64,000 bases of DNA from the human T2T-CHM13v2.0 reference genome, Homo sapiens. Each line of letters opens with the position of its first letter. Position 1 is the first letter of the stretch. The notes below the pieces were generated by a model. The model was not told the origin of the DNA. It saw only the letters and a program-made list of their open reading frames with translations, and did not search any database. The stretch lies in the NCBI RefSeq assembly GCF_009914755.1, contig NC_060929.1, one strand, 5' to 3'. Shown in pieces: positions 38,647-52,365 of the stretch. The translations under genes and the position numbers were made by a program.

Positions 38647-40276
38647 GTTTAAAGCTTCAAATTTTGTTTGTGTTGGTGAGTGAGTAGAGACAGTAGAAGT
38701 TGTTGATTTTGACAGCATAAAAATGATGTTTGACTTCATGTTAGATTCACAGGAGTCCCTTTAATACAAAGAAAATATTTCTGTTTGGATAACCTATACA
38801 GTACTTAGTTCAGGCCTCTTGGGGAAAAGAAAAGTGGAAAAGTATCTACACTGTCAATTTGGAGACTGGGCAGACTGGGACCATGTAGCAACAGAAGTTC
38901 TACATATAAACAGCGTTACTCAAATCATGTGTGATTGTGAGATTAGGATCTGTGCCCAAAGGAGATTGAACTGCTGAACACTGTCTTGAGCTTTGTCTAC
39001 TAACCATGCTTAACACAAAAGGACAAGAGTTGCATGTTAACAGTGAGGGTCTGGAGCATAGCCAGTCCAGCAGCACCTCGGTAGTGCCTGCTGCAACCCA
39101 GCTGTGCTGGTGTGGTCTCACAGAAAGGATGGAGGACAGGAACAAGATTTCCAGATGGCTCTTGTTCAGGGAGTTTAAGAGGGTAGCTTCAAGAAAGGAG
39201 GGAGCTGGACTCAAAAAATATAAAACATAATACTTTAAAGTACAACTTTAAATGACACCGCAGAATTAAGGAAACAATCAAAGCAGCAGATCTGCTTCCC
39301 TATCAGATAGGAGAAGCTCATTTTGTAGAGAGTGTGGGCCACAAGTACTGGGAAGCAAATGCACAAAGAATAATAGGTCCAGCCAACAGTTGCAGTAACA
39401 AAGGACGGTTTTTACCTGCATTGAGTGTACAGTTCACTGCTGCATGTACAACATAAGCAAAACAAAAACAGTGGTAGAAATAAATAAAAGTAAAGTCTGA
39501 GGCCCTTATGGAAGAATCATACTACTACCTGCTTTTTCCGTGGCTAAAAATGCCTTATAAATTTCATATCTTGAGAATTTCACTTATTTATGCCAAAGTA
39601 AGTTTGTTTTAAAATAGTACTCATTTGTAGTGCAGTAACATTTTACTTATATAAAGATTAATTCAAGCTTTTAAAAGTCTGAAGTTTAGAATATTTTAAA
39701 GATAGAATTTATTATTTTTAAGCACTTATGTTATCTTTTAGAACTCTTTTGAAGGGAACTTTTATGAAGATATTAGTTAATTTTGAATAGCATGATAATT
39801 GTTGCATGTAACTGGAGGCTTCTATAGTGTTTAAAGAAAACTTTTTGTAGGTTATATGTATACCTGTTATTTACATTACTAATTACATCAACAAATCCTT
39901 ATTTTCATAGACATTCCTTTCAAATTCAGTGAATTCTGGGAGAGCCGAGGTCATATGCTATTAGGGTTTGTATAAAGGTAGAGTCCCTTGCATAAAGCAG
40001 GCATTTGTTAACTAGTGAGATTTTTCCCCATTTAGTTTAAAAACGTTACTTTGTTAAATGTCTTTTTCTTTTAATTGTGAGTTTTGAAATCTTATTTTTG
40101 TAGGGGTAGAAAACTCTGGTTATCTCCCCCAAATTCCCCTTCCTCAGCCCTGCTGAATCTGGTAAAGTCACTTGTTCAGTGTGCTTTCATTTTTCCTTTC
40201 TCTTTTATTTGCCACAGTTCTTACCTGTGCTTCAGGCTTGTCTTGCCTTGTGCCTCTGTTCTCTTCATATAAACAG

Positions 40277-40365
40277 CATGAAATTGGAAATACTCATTGT
40301 CTGTTGTATTTCTGAAGATCAGAATTTTCCCCAGTTTCATGCTGTCCTTTCTCAGGCAGGGTGTG
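40277..40365 (+). other. Candidate internal exon
   Basis: Pyrimidine tract cttgtcttgccttgtgcctctgttctcttcatataaacag| and donor GTG|gtaagt; alternative acceptors at 40317 and 40355. Confidence 0.3.
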
Positions 40366-41329
40366 GTAAGTCATCTTTTGAGAACTGTTTCCAGTAAAAC
40401 TGGAGTATGCTGTTGAAACTGTTGGTGTGCCCTCTTCAGAAACAAAACCAGGAGACTTGCTGTTTATTGCATGAGTCACTGATGGGTTTCAATGAGTGGA
40501 AGCAATATTAGATTTTTTTTTTCATGCTCATCAATGCTACATCTTATTTTAAAAGAAGCCTGAAATAAGGAAATAAAAGTAAGCTAATAAACTCCTTCTT
40601 TCCCTGGGGAGAATTTAGAATTATATTGGTTCTAGTGTTTGGGGAATAAAGCGGTAACAATGAGGGTTAAAAAAAAATTAGGCCTTGTCCTTTAACCCGT
40701 GATACCCTGTAGTGCTCAGAGCTTTCTGGTGTGTACATTTTCTCAAGCTGCACATGAGTAACTTTAATCAGGAGCGAAGTGGTTCTTTCTATTATATGCC
40801 ATTTCCTCTGTGGCCCCTGCCTCACTTAGCTATTACTGTATGCCTAATCGACCAGAGTGAAATGCCCTTAAAACATTTTCCAGGGAACTAAGGACTTTTT
40901 GCAGAATTTTTATAATAGAAAATGCCAAGGAGAGGAAAGTTTTAATGGTTTCTCTGCACAGATAAATGTTTCCAGAGCAGACTGATGATGAGTCAAGGAG
41001 CTGTTAATAGGATATGTAAATGTAACCTTTCACCTAGTTACTGTCACTACCTAAGTCATAACTACCTGGTGTCAGTAAATTATTTGAACTAGTTCTTGTC
41101 TAGTTCCCTAATTAAACAGACTCTCTTGGTCCCATGATTATCCAGTAGATAGTTAGCACTGTTTCAGCTTGCATTGTCCTGGGTTCCTCCACTCTCCTTC
41201 TGTTTTAATAATAGCTCTAAGTCCTATTATAGATTTTCACTAATATCTTTGCCTCCAGCTTTACCTCAGTATTAGTGGAAAAATTTTTTATCTATGTATT
41301 TGACAGTGACCTCTAGCTCTTGGGTTTCA

Positions 41330-42600
41330 CTTATTCAACAAATATTCATTCAGTGTCAGCCATGTACCTAGCACTGTTCTTGACCCCAGAGATCCAATAA
41401 TGAGCAAAAAATTCCTGGTCTGCATTATCATGGAGTGAAGAGTATAGGAGGAAGACAATCCCTAATAAAATTTACACACGACAGCAACAACAACAACATC
41501 AACAAATAATTATGTATAATTACAGGCAGAGGTAAATGCTCTGAATAGAACAGTAGAATTTTGTGGGCTTATATAATAGGAACCTGAGGAAGTGACACTT
41601 GATTGATATCTGAAGTATGAGTAGGAGAATGTGAGATAGGGTAGGAAGAAAAGTGTTCCAGAAAGCAGAGAGAACTGCCATTTGTGCAGAGGCCCTTTAC
41701 AGAAGGGAACAGAATGAAATCAAGTAACTGAGGAAGATCAAGGGGAGAGAAGAGCTACTGTGAGGCTGGACCCCTTGGCTGGTGGCCGGCCAGTCCACAA
41801 AGGGTCTTGCTGGCCACATGAAGAATTTGGTTTTCCTCATAAGAACATAGGAGAGTGTTTTAGGTCGGAGCTGGGGACTTGATGTGATTTGTGTTTTGGT
41901 AAGATCATCTGTGGGGGCGTGAGTTGGATTGGGGTGTGCATGTCAGTGGGGTGAAATTGGGTAGCTCTTGCATTAATTTAATTTGACATGACAGTGTGTA
42001 CCAGTCTGGTGGTGGATACTGGGAAGTGGCAGTGAAGATAGATCGAAAGTGTTTTGGGGGGAATACCATTAATTGAACTCGGGAATAAGTTGGGGTTTTC
42101 TTTTATTTATTCAAAAAATATTTAGCGACTCCCTACTTTATGCTACTCTCTGTGCCAGGCTCTAGGAATAAAACTCTGAACAGTACATAAAATGTCCTTG
42201 GACTCATGGAGCTTACTTATTAATGGGAGTGACAGATAATCATTAAGTGTAACATATATATTAAAAACATATATATAATAAATATATATATAATTTCAGG
42301 TACTAATAAGTCCTGTAAAGAAAAATTAGGCAAATAAGGGAATGGAGAATGATAGCAGAGGGTCCTCTTACACAGGATGGTCAACAAAAACCTCTTGAAG
42401 AGGTAGCATTTGAGCAAAAACCCAGATGAAGTCGGGGAACTAACTGTGCAAAGATTCTCTACGAAGCAGCGGTAACAGGTATAAGATATTGAGGCTGGAA
42501 CAAAGGAACTCTGCCTCTATACCTCCACCACCAAGGAATACCAAGAAGGCCAGTATGTCCAGAAATACGGGGCGTGAGGGAAGAAAAGTGTTAAGAATGT
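41330..42600 (-). mobile_element. Two L2 elements (3' ends at ~41330 and ~42105)
   Basis: ttattcaacaaatattcattcagtg...catgtacctagcactgttct; tttattcaaaaaatatttagcgactcc...tgtgccaggctctagg. Confidence 0.75.
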
Positions 42601-43564
42601 CTTGCTGGTAGCTAAAACTTAAAGCATCTATATGGGGTCATTATCTTCAGTCCTGATCAGTTTTTCAAAGTCCCTTACTATATCAACTACAATCCCAGGT
42701 TGCTCCGCCACTAAACTGATTTTAACACAGCTACTAGAACAGCTTCCTTTACCACAACAGCAAACCGTGCTCAAAAACTGTCAGTGGTAACTGCTTGTCT
42801 GTCTTGTCAGTGACAATCCCTTCATCAGCCCAGCTAAAAGTCCCCAATCTTACTTCAACCCCACATGCTGTTGCAACCCTTTCTGTACTTCTTATTCAGT
42901 TGAAGGCTTCCCTTTAATGTTTGTTTAGGCTTTCCACATAATTTATTCTTTTCTTTTTTGGCATTGTTTTTATTCATCATGAAGCCTCTTTTCTTTCTAT
43001 TGGCCTATTTCCATCACTTCCTTCAAGAGTTATTTTTTCCACCAGTTTCTTCTGATTTATTCCAGCTTACCTGGATCACAGAACCCCTCAGCCTACTCAG
43101 TCTATGTGATGTTATTTTTGTCCTTCCTTGAGTCACTTGATGAAGCTCTACTTTTAAAGTGCCACCATTGTTCCAAGTTAAAATATTCATGATTGTATTC
43201 ATTTTTCCTAGAAAAGATTTGGCACCAGTAGTTGCCCTGCCATGTATATATGTGACATTGGCCAAAACAGTCAACGTTCAGGTTTCTTGTCAATAAGATG
43301 AAGATACCAAGCCTCCCTTCTTTCATTCAGTGTAGTTGTGAAGAAAAAGTGAAATAAAACATGTACAAAGTGTTTTAAGCAAATGTACGACATTATTTTT
43401 AATATTTTAGGTGGGTGTAGTCCATATCCTCATCTAAATTGCAGGTTCTTCACACCATTTCACATAGTGTAGAGTCATGTAAGTGTGTGCTGCAGGAACT
43501 CTGTGAGGGTTCTTAAGCTTCCAGCCACACCATGCAAGCTTGGGCCGACTTCATCTACAACCTG

Positions 43565-43990
43565 CATATTAGTTTCCTGGGGCTGCTGTAACAAAGTACC
43601 ACAAACCGGGTGGCTTAAACCACAGAAATGTATTGTCTCAGAGTTCTAAGGCTAAAAGTCCAACATCAGTATATTGGCAGGGTTGGTTCTTTCAGAAGGC
43701 TGTGAGAGAGAACCTGTTCTGATAGCCTCAGATGTTCCTTGGCCTATACATGGTTCCTTGTGTCTTCACATCATCTTTCCTGTCTTCCTCTTTGTGTGTC
43801 TGTCTCTGTGTCCAAGTTTCCCCTTTTTATAAGGACACAGTAATATTGGATTATGGTCTACCCTAATGACCTCATCTTAACTAGATCATCTGCAAAGACC
43901 CTATTTCCAATTCGTCACATTCACAGGTACTGGAAGTTAAGAATTGAACATCTTTTTTTTTTATGGGGACACAACTCAACCCATATCGGC
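43565..43990 (-). mobile_element. MaLR solo LTR (MLT1B/MLT1C-like)
   Basis: tattagtttcctggggctgctgtaacaaagtaccacaaaccgggtggcttaaac...ggggacacaactcaacccat. Confidence 0.88.
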
Positions 43991-44097
43991 ATGATACAAT
44001 ACACATACAAGAAAGGGTAATCACAAATGTGGTGAATTAGTTCTGTGTTACTAAATGGTAAATTAGATGTAGAGCTAGTTTCCCATATGATACAAGG

Positions 44098-44621
44098 CAG
44101 CAGCCCCTAACCTTTTTGGCACCAGGACCGGTTTCATGGAAGACAGTTTTTCCATGGACTGGGGTGGAGGAAGGTTTTGGGGTGATTCAAGTGCATTACA
44201 TTTATTATGCACTTTATTGCTATTATTATTCCATTGTAATATATAATGAAATAATTATACAACTCACCATAATGTAGAATCAGTGGGAACCCTAGCTTGC
44301 TTTCCTGCATCTTGACTGTCCCATCTGGGGGTGATGGGAGACAGTGACACATCATCAGGCATTAGATTCTCATAAGGAGCTTGCAACCTAGATCCCTCTC
44401 ATGTGCAGTTGACGTTAGGATTCCTGCTCCTATGAGACTCTAATGCCGCAGCTGATCTGACAGGAGGTGGAGCTCAGGTGATAATGTGAGCGATGGGGAG
44501 TGGCTGTAAATACAGATGAAGCTTGGCTTGCTTGCCCACTGCTCACCTCTTTGCTGTGCAACCCTGTTTCCAACAGACCAAGGCCAGTATCAGTTTGTGG
44601 CCAGGGGGCTGGGGACACCTG
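44098..44621 (-). mobile_element. MER1A DNA element, full length
   Basis: Reverse of MER1A (cctaacctttttggcaccaggaccgg...ggggctggggacacctg); TSD atacaagg/atataagg. Confidence 0.93.
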
Positions 44622-44912
44622 ATATAAGGAAAAATAAATGAAATACTTGATAAAAGTTGCATGTGAAATTCTGAACATTCACATAACTTATTTTAGAATT
44701 CAACAATTCCTGTTAATTTTAACTTGGTCTAAATTGGAGTACAGCAGGCCAGCCAAGAGAAGGAGCAAAAGTACTCATTAATTTTTCCTCCAAATTTTAA
44801 TAGTACATTCAGTTTTTATACTGAGATTAGTGAAAAAATATGCAATTCATATATTTATTCGTATAATTTTTATGTGGACTTTTTGTGTGATTTATTTTAT
44901 TGCTTCAGTTGC

Positions 44913-44915
<3 letters not shown>

Positions 44916-44961
<46 letters not shown>
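44916..44961. repeat. Poly-T tract (46 nt)
   Basis: Uninterrupted T run. Confidence 0.97.
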
Positions 44962-44963
<2 letters not shown>

Positions 44964-46199
44964 CATCATGCTCCCCTTTGACTTTCTGTTCTTTCTTTCT
45001 TCTTTTCTTTTCTTTGTCTGTAAAATCTAGTTCCTGCAGACCCTTTGACTTTCTGGAAGGCCACATGTGGTTTCATGAAACAGATTGACCTCCCTCTGTT
45101 AAACAACCAGAAGGGTTTATGGTTTTTATCTTATTAAATGCCCTAGCCTTTGGTTATAAAAATTTACTTTTCTCTTAGAATTAAAACTTTCTTTAATATT
45201 ATATACATTTTTTCTCATCAGTTTTCATTTTGTTTTTATTTTGCATTGCTGTTTTTTGATAGTGCAGAAAAGAGTTGGACACATTTTGAACGGTTGATGT
45301 TGGAGAATATATAAGTGCACCTTTTGTGGCGTTTTATCCAGATTTGGCATTAAGATGTCCCGTTTTATCAGATGAGCATGCTTTAATCTTCATCTGGCCT
45401 CTTATTCTGGTGTTAGGACAGCCTTTGCTTGATGTTGAGGAAGGTATCTGACTCTGCTGTTTTGCTTCCTTATGTACCTGGCTTGCCAGTTTAAAAGTTT
45501 CACCATTTTAAGTTTCCTAACAGAGTGGCACATAGAGCATATTTAAGAAGCCTATTGTAGGAATTCACCCAGATTTAGTGAATAGAAATTGAATACTTGA
45601 CCTTTATCTAGAAAAGTTGCTGTTTTGTTGTCAACCAGAAGAACTTTCTTAGTACAGCCCCTATATTCCAAATAGCTAGATTCTTAATTGCTGTACTTTC
45701 ATTAAATTGCTTCATTATTATTGCTGCATCAAGATTTTCACTAAACGAAAAACAGCCATAGATTGTTTATTTCTGCTTATTGTTTTTTGTAGAAAAAATT
45801 AAGGAAGAAGACATATTAGATTTCACTGCTGTTGTAGAAATAAATTTCCTCTTGGTGTACTCTCAAGTAGATGTTGGAAAATGAGGCTCACAGAGGTTAA
45901 AGTAGTTTGCCCAAGGTCATATAGGTTGTAAGTGCTGGGACCAGGATTTGAATCCACAGACTCTGGCTTGGGGACCTGTGTCACTCTGGCAAGCTTGTCG
46001 TGTGGGAATTAATAAGCTCATCGATGTAATGCACTTAGAGTGGAGACCAGTGCACAGCAAGCACTCAGTCTACTACTGTGATGACAGTGACAAAGACTAC
46101 TGCTAGTTCTATAATTACTATAATGGTGTTAACTACTGTTATTACCATTAACATTTTCCACTCTGATTCATACCTAACCATGTCTTTTAAAAATTTTTC

Positions 46200-48882
46200 T
46201 AAATTTTTTTAATTTTTAGTTTTTGTGGATAACTAGTAGGTATATATATTTATGGGGCATATGAGATATTTTGATACAGGCATACCATATGTAATCATCA
46301 CATCAGAGTAAAATGGGTATCCATTACCTCACACATTTTTTGTGTGTTACAACCTAATTGTACATTTTTAGTTATTTTAAAATGTATAATTATATTCTCA
46401 TTGACTACAGTCACCTTGTTGTGCTATCACGTACTAGATCTTACTTATCCTTTCCATTTTTTATGCCCATTAACCATCCCAACTCCCCCTCTAACCTCTC
46501 CACTTCCCTTCCCGGTCTCTGGTAACCGTCATTCTACTATCTCCATGAGTTCAATTGTTTGTATTTTTAGTTCTCACAAATAAGTGAGAACATGCAAAGT
46601 TTGTCTTTCTGTGCCTGGCTTATTTCACTGAACATAATGACCTACAATTACATCCATGTTGTTGCAAATGAGAGAATCTCATTCTCTTTTATGGCTAAAT
46701 AGTACTCCATTCTGTATATGTAACACATTTTCTCTGTCCATTGATCTGTTGATGGATACTTAGGTTGTTTCCAAATCTTGGCCATTGTGAACAGTAAATA
46801 TCAGAGTGCAGATATCTCTTCAATATGCTGATTTCATTTCTTTTGGGTATATACCTAGCAGTGGGACATATATACCCCAAAGAAAGGACATTACTGAATC
46901 TTATGGTAGCTCTAGTTTTTTTGAGGAACCTCCAAACTTCTCCATAGTGGTTGAACTAATTTATATTCCCACCAACAGTGTTCAAAGGTTCCCTTTGTTC
47001 CACATCCTCACCAGCGTTTGTTACTACATGTCTTTTGGATAAAAGCCATTTTAACTGGGGTGAGATGACATCTCATTGTAGTTTTTATTTGCATTTCTCT
47101 GATGATAAATGATGTTGAGCGCCTTTTCATATACCTATTTGTCATTTGTATGTCTTTTTTGAGAAATGTCTATTCAGATCTTTTGCCCATTTTTTAACTG
47201 GATTATCAGATTTTTTTTTCCAGCAGAGTTGTTGGAGCTCCTTATGTATTCTGGTTACTAATCCTTTGTCAGATGGATAGTGTGCAAATATTTTCTCCCA
47301 TTCTGCAGATTGTCTCTTCACTTTGTTGATTGTTTCCTTTGCTGTGCAGAAGCTTTTTGACTTGATGTGGTCCTATTTGTCCATTCTTGCTTTGGTGGCC
47401 TGTGCTTATGGGGTATTACTCAAGAAATCTTTGCCCATACCCATGTCCTGGAGTGTTTTCCCAATGTTTTCTTGTAGAAGTTTCATAGTTTGAGGTCTTA
47501 GATTTAAGTCTTTAATCCATTTTGATTTGATTTTTGTATATGGTAAGAGATACGGGTCTAGTTTCATTCTTTTCCATATGAGTATCCAGTTTTCCCAGCA
47601 CCATTTATTAAAGAGACTGTCCTTTCCCCAATGTTTGTTCTGGGCAACTTTGTTGAAAATGAGTTCATTTAGATGCTTGAATCACTTTTTGGGTTCTCTG
47701 TTCTGTTCCATCTGTCTATGTGTCTGTGTTTATGCCAGTACCATGCTGCTTTGGTTATTAGAGCTGTGTGGTATAATTTGAAGTCAGTTAATGTGATTCC
47801 TCTGGTTTTGTTCTTTTTGCTCAGGATAGCTTTGGCTATTCTGGGTCTTTTGTGAATACATATAAATCTTAGGATTTTTTTTCTCACTTCTATGGAGAAT
47901 TTCACTGGTATTTTGATAGGGATTGCATTGAATCTGTAGATTGCTTTGGGTAGTATGGACATTTTACCGATATTGATTCTTCCAATCCATGACCATAGGA
48001 TATCTTTCCGTTTTGTGTATGTGTCTGTCCTCTTCAATTTCTTTCATCAATATTTTATAGTTTTCATTATAGAGATCTTTTACATCTTTGATTAATTCAT
48101 AGGTAGTGAATTTTATTTGTGGCTTTTTTAATAGGATTTTAAAAAATTTCTTCTTCAGATTGTTTGGCTGTTGGTATATAGAAATGCTACTGATTTTTGT
48201 ATGTTGGTCTTTTGTATATTGATTTGTATTCTGCAACTTTACTGAATTTGTTTATTAGATCTATTAGGTTTTTGGTGGAGTCTTTAGGTTTTTCCAAGTA
48301 TAAGGTCATATCATCTGCAAACAAGGATAATTTGACTTCTTTCTTTTCAATTTGGATGCCCTTTATTTCTGCCTCTTGTCTGATTGTTCTAGTTAGGACT
48401 TCCAGTACTGCGTTGAATAACAATAGTGACAGTGGGCCTCCTTGTCATAAAGATCTTAGAGGAAAGGCTTTCAGTTTTTTCCCATCCAGTAAGATACTAG
48501 CTGTGGGTCTGTCACATATGGCTTTTATTATGTTGAAGTGTGTTCCTTCTAGACCCAGTTTTCTGTGAGTTTTTATCATGAAAGTACATTGAATTTTATC
48601 ATATGCTTTTCCAGCATCAATCATGATGATCATATGGTTTTTGTCCTTCATTCTGTTAAGATGATATATCACATTGATTGATTTGTGTATGTTAAATCTT
48701 CTGTGCATCCCTGGAATAAATCCCACTTGGTCATGATGAATGATCTTTATTTGCTATTATTTTGTTGAGGATTTTTGTATCAATGTTCATCAGGGATATT
48801 GGCCTATAGTTTTCTTTTTTTAATGTATCTTTGTCTGGTTGTGGTATCAGGGTAATATTGGCATCACAGAATGAGTTTGGAA
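46200..48882 (-). mobile_element. L1MA2/L1MA3-like LINE, 5'-truncated, with decayed ORF2 (RT and C-terminal) fragments
   Basis: ORF track gives ORF2 peptides ([29 protein letters not shown]; [19 protein letters not shown]; [19 protein letters not shown]) split by frameshifts; L1MA-type 3' UTR. Confidence 0.93.
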
Positions 48883-50004
48883 CTGTGTTTTAATAATAGT
48901 TAATAATTTCCCCCAAATACTCTCTGTAGTCCATGAAAAATAGCTTTGATTGTGTCTCTAGGTTTTTCGTTTGTTTGTTTTAAGGTGATAAGAGCTGTAT
49001 TGATCCCTGAAGGGGTTTATATTTGTTTTTAAACCTGCTGTTACAGCATGTTATATAATATTTTGTACAGTGGCACCATTTGAAGATTGCGGCTATGTAG
49101 AGAAAACAAAAAAGCCAGTTTTCGTTAAGCATTTTGGGAGTTATAAACTCCTATTGGCCATTTTAGATTCTCTTCAGAAAAGTTGAGAGAGGTCAGTACT
49201 GTAAATTTAAAACCTTTATTTTTCATTACAATATATACTTGATTCCAGGGCATGGAGTTTAGGGGTGGTTGGGAACTATGTCACCTAATAACCTCTTTGG
49301 TTTCCATTGCTAAACATTCTATAGTTCTGTTATAGTAATCATTTTGGTTGTCTTTTCAAAGTGAAAACAAACCCATTTGCCAAGTGGGAATGAAATTGAA
49401 GTTTATTGTTAGTGCTGCATTCTAAACAGGGGAAACATAGAAGATAGGAAGAAAGTAGTCTTAGTTTTGAAAGCACAGCCCTCCTGGTATTCAAGCTACC
49501 AACTTTGCAATGTTTACCAAGCAGTTTTTCATCTGTACAACAACCTTGGTGAAGATGTGTCTGGCTCCTTCTCCTAAATACTTTGTCTTCATGTCTGGTG
49601 GCTTGGTCTAGCATTTTCAACTACAGGATCACAAAGGAAGGAAACTGGAGGAGTGACCTTTCAAATTCTTGAGAGGAGGAAATGGATGTTTACACTGTTG
49701 TTGGCTAGAATTTTGAAGCCTTTCAAAAATAAAGTTGCTCTGTATGCCCCAGATTTTATAGAGAGAAGTCTAGTGCCAAGTTGAAAATAATGTTTTGTAA
49801 TGGTTTGTCACCCCAGTGGCTTGGATCCCCCTGCCACCTACCTGCCCCTAGAGGGGCTGTGATATGCTAGAAGGGCTGTGGCTGGGTTTAAAAGAAGAAA
49901 TGTTTATGTTTTCTTGTCCTAGTAAACTATAGACATCAGAATCATAATAATTGTTCCCATTTGTTGAGGTCATTTTGTAGAGTGGAGAAGAAAACCAGCT
50001 TCCT

Positions 50005-50250
50005 TCTGGCATTAGACATTTGGGTCAAGTCTTAACTCTGCCTCTTACTATAATAGCTGCGTGACCTTGGGCAAATTACTGAAAAACGCTCTGAGTGCCT
50101 CAGCTTTATCCTTTTTGAAACAGGGATGTATTGGTGTCACTTCATACAGTGTGGTGGTTGTAATTATTCTTTGAGATTAATGCACATAAAATGCATAGAA
50201 AATGCTTGGCACAGGGTTAACTGCTTAATAAATGTTGGATATCATTATTA
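50005..50250 (+). mobile_element. MIR SINE
   Basis: tagctgcgtgaccttgggcaaattact...ctctgagtgcctcagcttt...tgcttggcacagggttaactgcttaataaatgtt. Confidence 0.8.
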
Positions 50251-51344
50251 TTGTATGTTGTAAACCTTACCTAGAGTACCTCTAATGTTTTCTATAACCC
50301 TGCAGTGTAAACCTTCATCCCTATTTTACAGAGGAGAAAATTGAGGCTTATAAAGGTAATTGTTTTGTTTTGCATGTGAGGGTGTTTGAAAATGGCCTGT
50401 TTTATGCTGTCTTCCTCATCCTGATTCTTGCCCTCTGTGGTTCTCTACCAACACCAAGCTTGTGAAATAGAGCAAAAGGGGATTGCATTTTGTGTTTTCT
50501 CAAACTTATGTGCTAGGATGCTTGTGCAATTCAAGAGATATGCACATGGTTCTCAAATAAGTAAACTATACAGGCCCCTTTCAAAGGAAAATACCCTCAC
50601 TTCCAGTTTGACTTAATTATACTTGTCGTAGTATTACTTAAATATATTCAAAGTTGGAGTAATGTCTTAGTTTATAGCACTTATACAGCTATAAAATAAA
50701 ACACATTTACAAATTAAATGCCAACAAAACTATAACACAAATACAATTTGAGAAATTACATTAATTTATGTGACGGATGTTGATGTTTTGCTGAAAGTAA
50801 ACTTCAATTTTGGGTTCATCTATAGTTAGGATGGATTTTATGTTCAAACTGTGTCTACCTTTTAATTTCATGATTTTAATGTATCACAGATTTTCAAATA
50901 TCTGGAGTTTCATATGATTCAACCTATCAAAACAATGTATTTTGAAATAATATGTCATATACCTTGGTGGTAATAATATCAAGGTTTTGGCAGTTCAGAG
51001 CAATAGGACTTCAGGAATGCCAATTTTAATGGGTGTTACTTGACAAACTTGGAAAACTATTTTACTTCCTTGGGAGTCAAGACATTGGCTCAATATTTAA
51101 GTGCAGATCTCATGCTAGACCCAGCCCTGAGCTTAGGAGGCCTAGAGTCAGACTTCCTGGGTTCACAGTTGCTACACTGTTTTTACATACAAATTCCTAT
51201 GAAATTTACATTTTGTTGTAATAAACTAAAAGTACTGGGTCCATAAGTATGAAGATATATAGTTGTTGCTTTGTATTGTATTTGATTGCTATTTACAGTG
51301 CAGTGACAACGTAGAGGAGTTCACAGTTTACCATATGCTGTATT

Positions 51345-51661
51345 AGGAGTTAGCATACTTTTCCTGTAAAGGACCAGGTGGTAAATATTTTAGGCTTTGT
51401 AGGCCACATGTGATCTCTGTTGCAACTACTCAACTCTTTTCTTATAGCACAAAAGCAACAATAGACAATACATAAAATTTTATTTAGGGACATTGAAATT
51501 AAATTTTATATGATTTTTATGTGTCACAAAGTATTGCTCTGTTTAAAATTTGTTTTCAACAATTAAAAAATGTAAAAAAACATTCATTCTCAGCTTGCAG
51601 GCAGTGCAGAAACAGTGAGCAGGGCATTTGGCTTGTGGGCCTAGTTATGGAGGCCAGCCCT
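51345..51661. mobile_element. MER58B-like hAT element
   Basis: ttcctgtaaaggaccaggtggtaaatattttaggctttgtaggccacat...tctctgttgcaactactcaactc. Confidence 0.85.
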
Positions 51662-51729
51662 AGACAACATTTAATACAGTAAAAAGGTTTCTCCTTTTTA
51701 TTTTTAATTCATTAGTTAATTAACTTATT

Positions 51730-52365
51730 TACTTTTTATTAACTTTTATTTTAGGTTCTGGGGGTACATGTGAAGGTGTGTTACATAGGTAAACTCGTGT
51801 CACAGAGGTTTGTTGTACAGACTTTTTGTCACCCAGGTATTAAGCCCAGTACATAATAGTTATCTTTTCTCTTCCTCTCCCTCCCCACTCAAGTAGACCC
51901 CAGTATCTGTTGTTTCATTCTTCATGTTCATAGTTCTTATCATTTAGCCCCCACTTATAAGTGAGAACATAAGGTATTTGGTTTTCTGTTCCTGCATTAG
52001 TTTGGTAAGGTTAAAACCTCCAGCTCCACCCATGTTCCTACAAAAGACATGATCTCATTCTTTTTTGTGGCTACATAGTATTCCATGGTGTATCCCACCA
52101 CATTTTCTTTATCCAGTCTGATTGATGAACAGTTAGGTTGATTCCATTTGTTTGCTATTGTGAATAGCGCTGCAGTGAACGTTGATGTGCATGTGTCTTT
52201 ATGATAGAATGATTTATATTCGTCTGAGTATATACCCAGTAACTGGATTGCTGGATCAAATGGTAGTTCTGCTTTTAGCTCATTGAGGAATTGCCATACT
52301 GCTTCTGATTTCCACAATGGTTGAACTAATTTACACTCCCACCAAAAGTGTGTAAATGTTCCCTC
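51730..52365 (-). mobile_element. L1PA13-16-like 3' fragment
   Basis: ttttaggttctgggggtacatgtgaaggtgtgttacataggtaaactcgtgtcac; ORF2 C-terminal peptide ELPFDPAIQLLGIY. Confidence 0.9.

Noticed and set aside
47669-48726. Reverse-transcriptase-like peptides
   Set aside because: Frameshifted remnants of L1 ORF2 in a truncated L1MA element, not a functional gene
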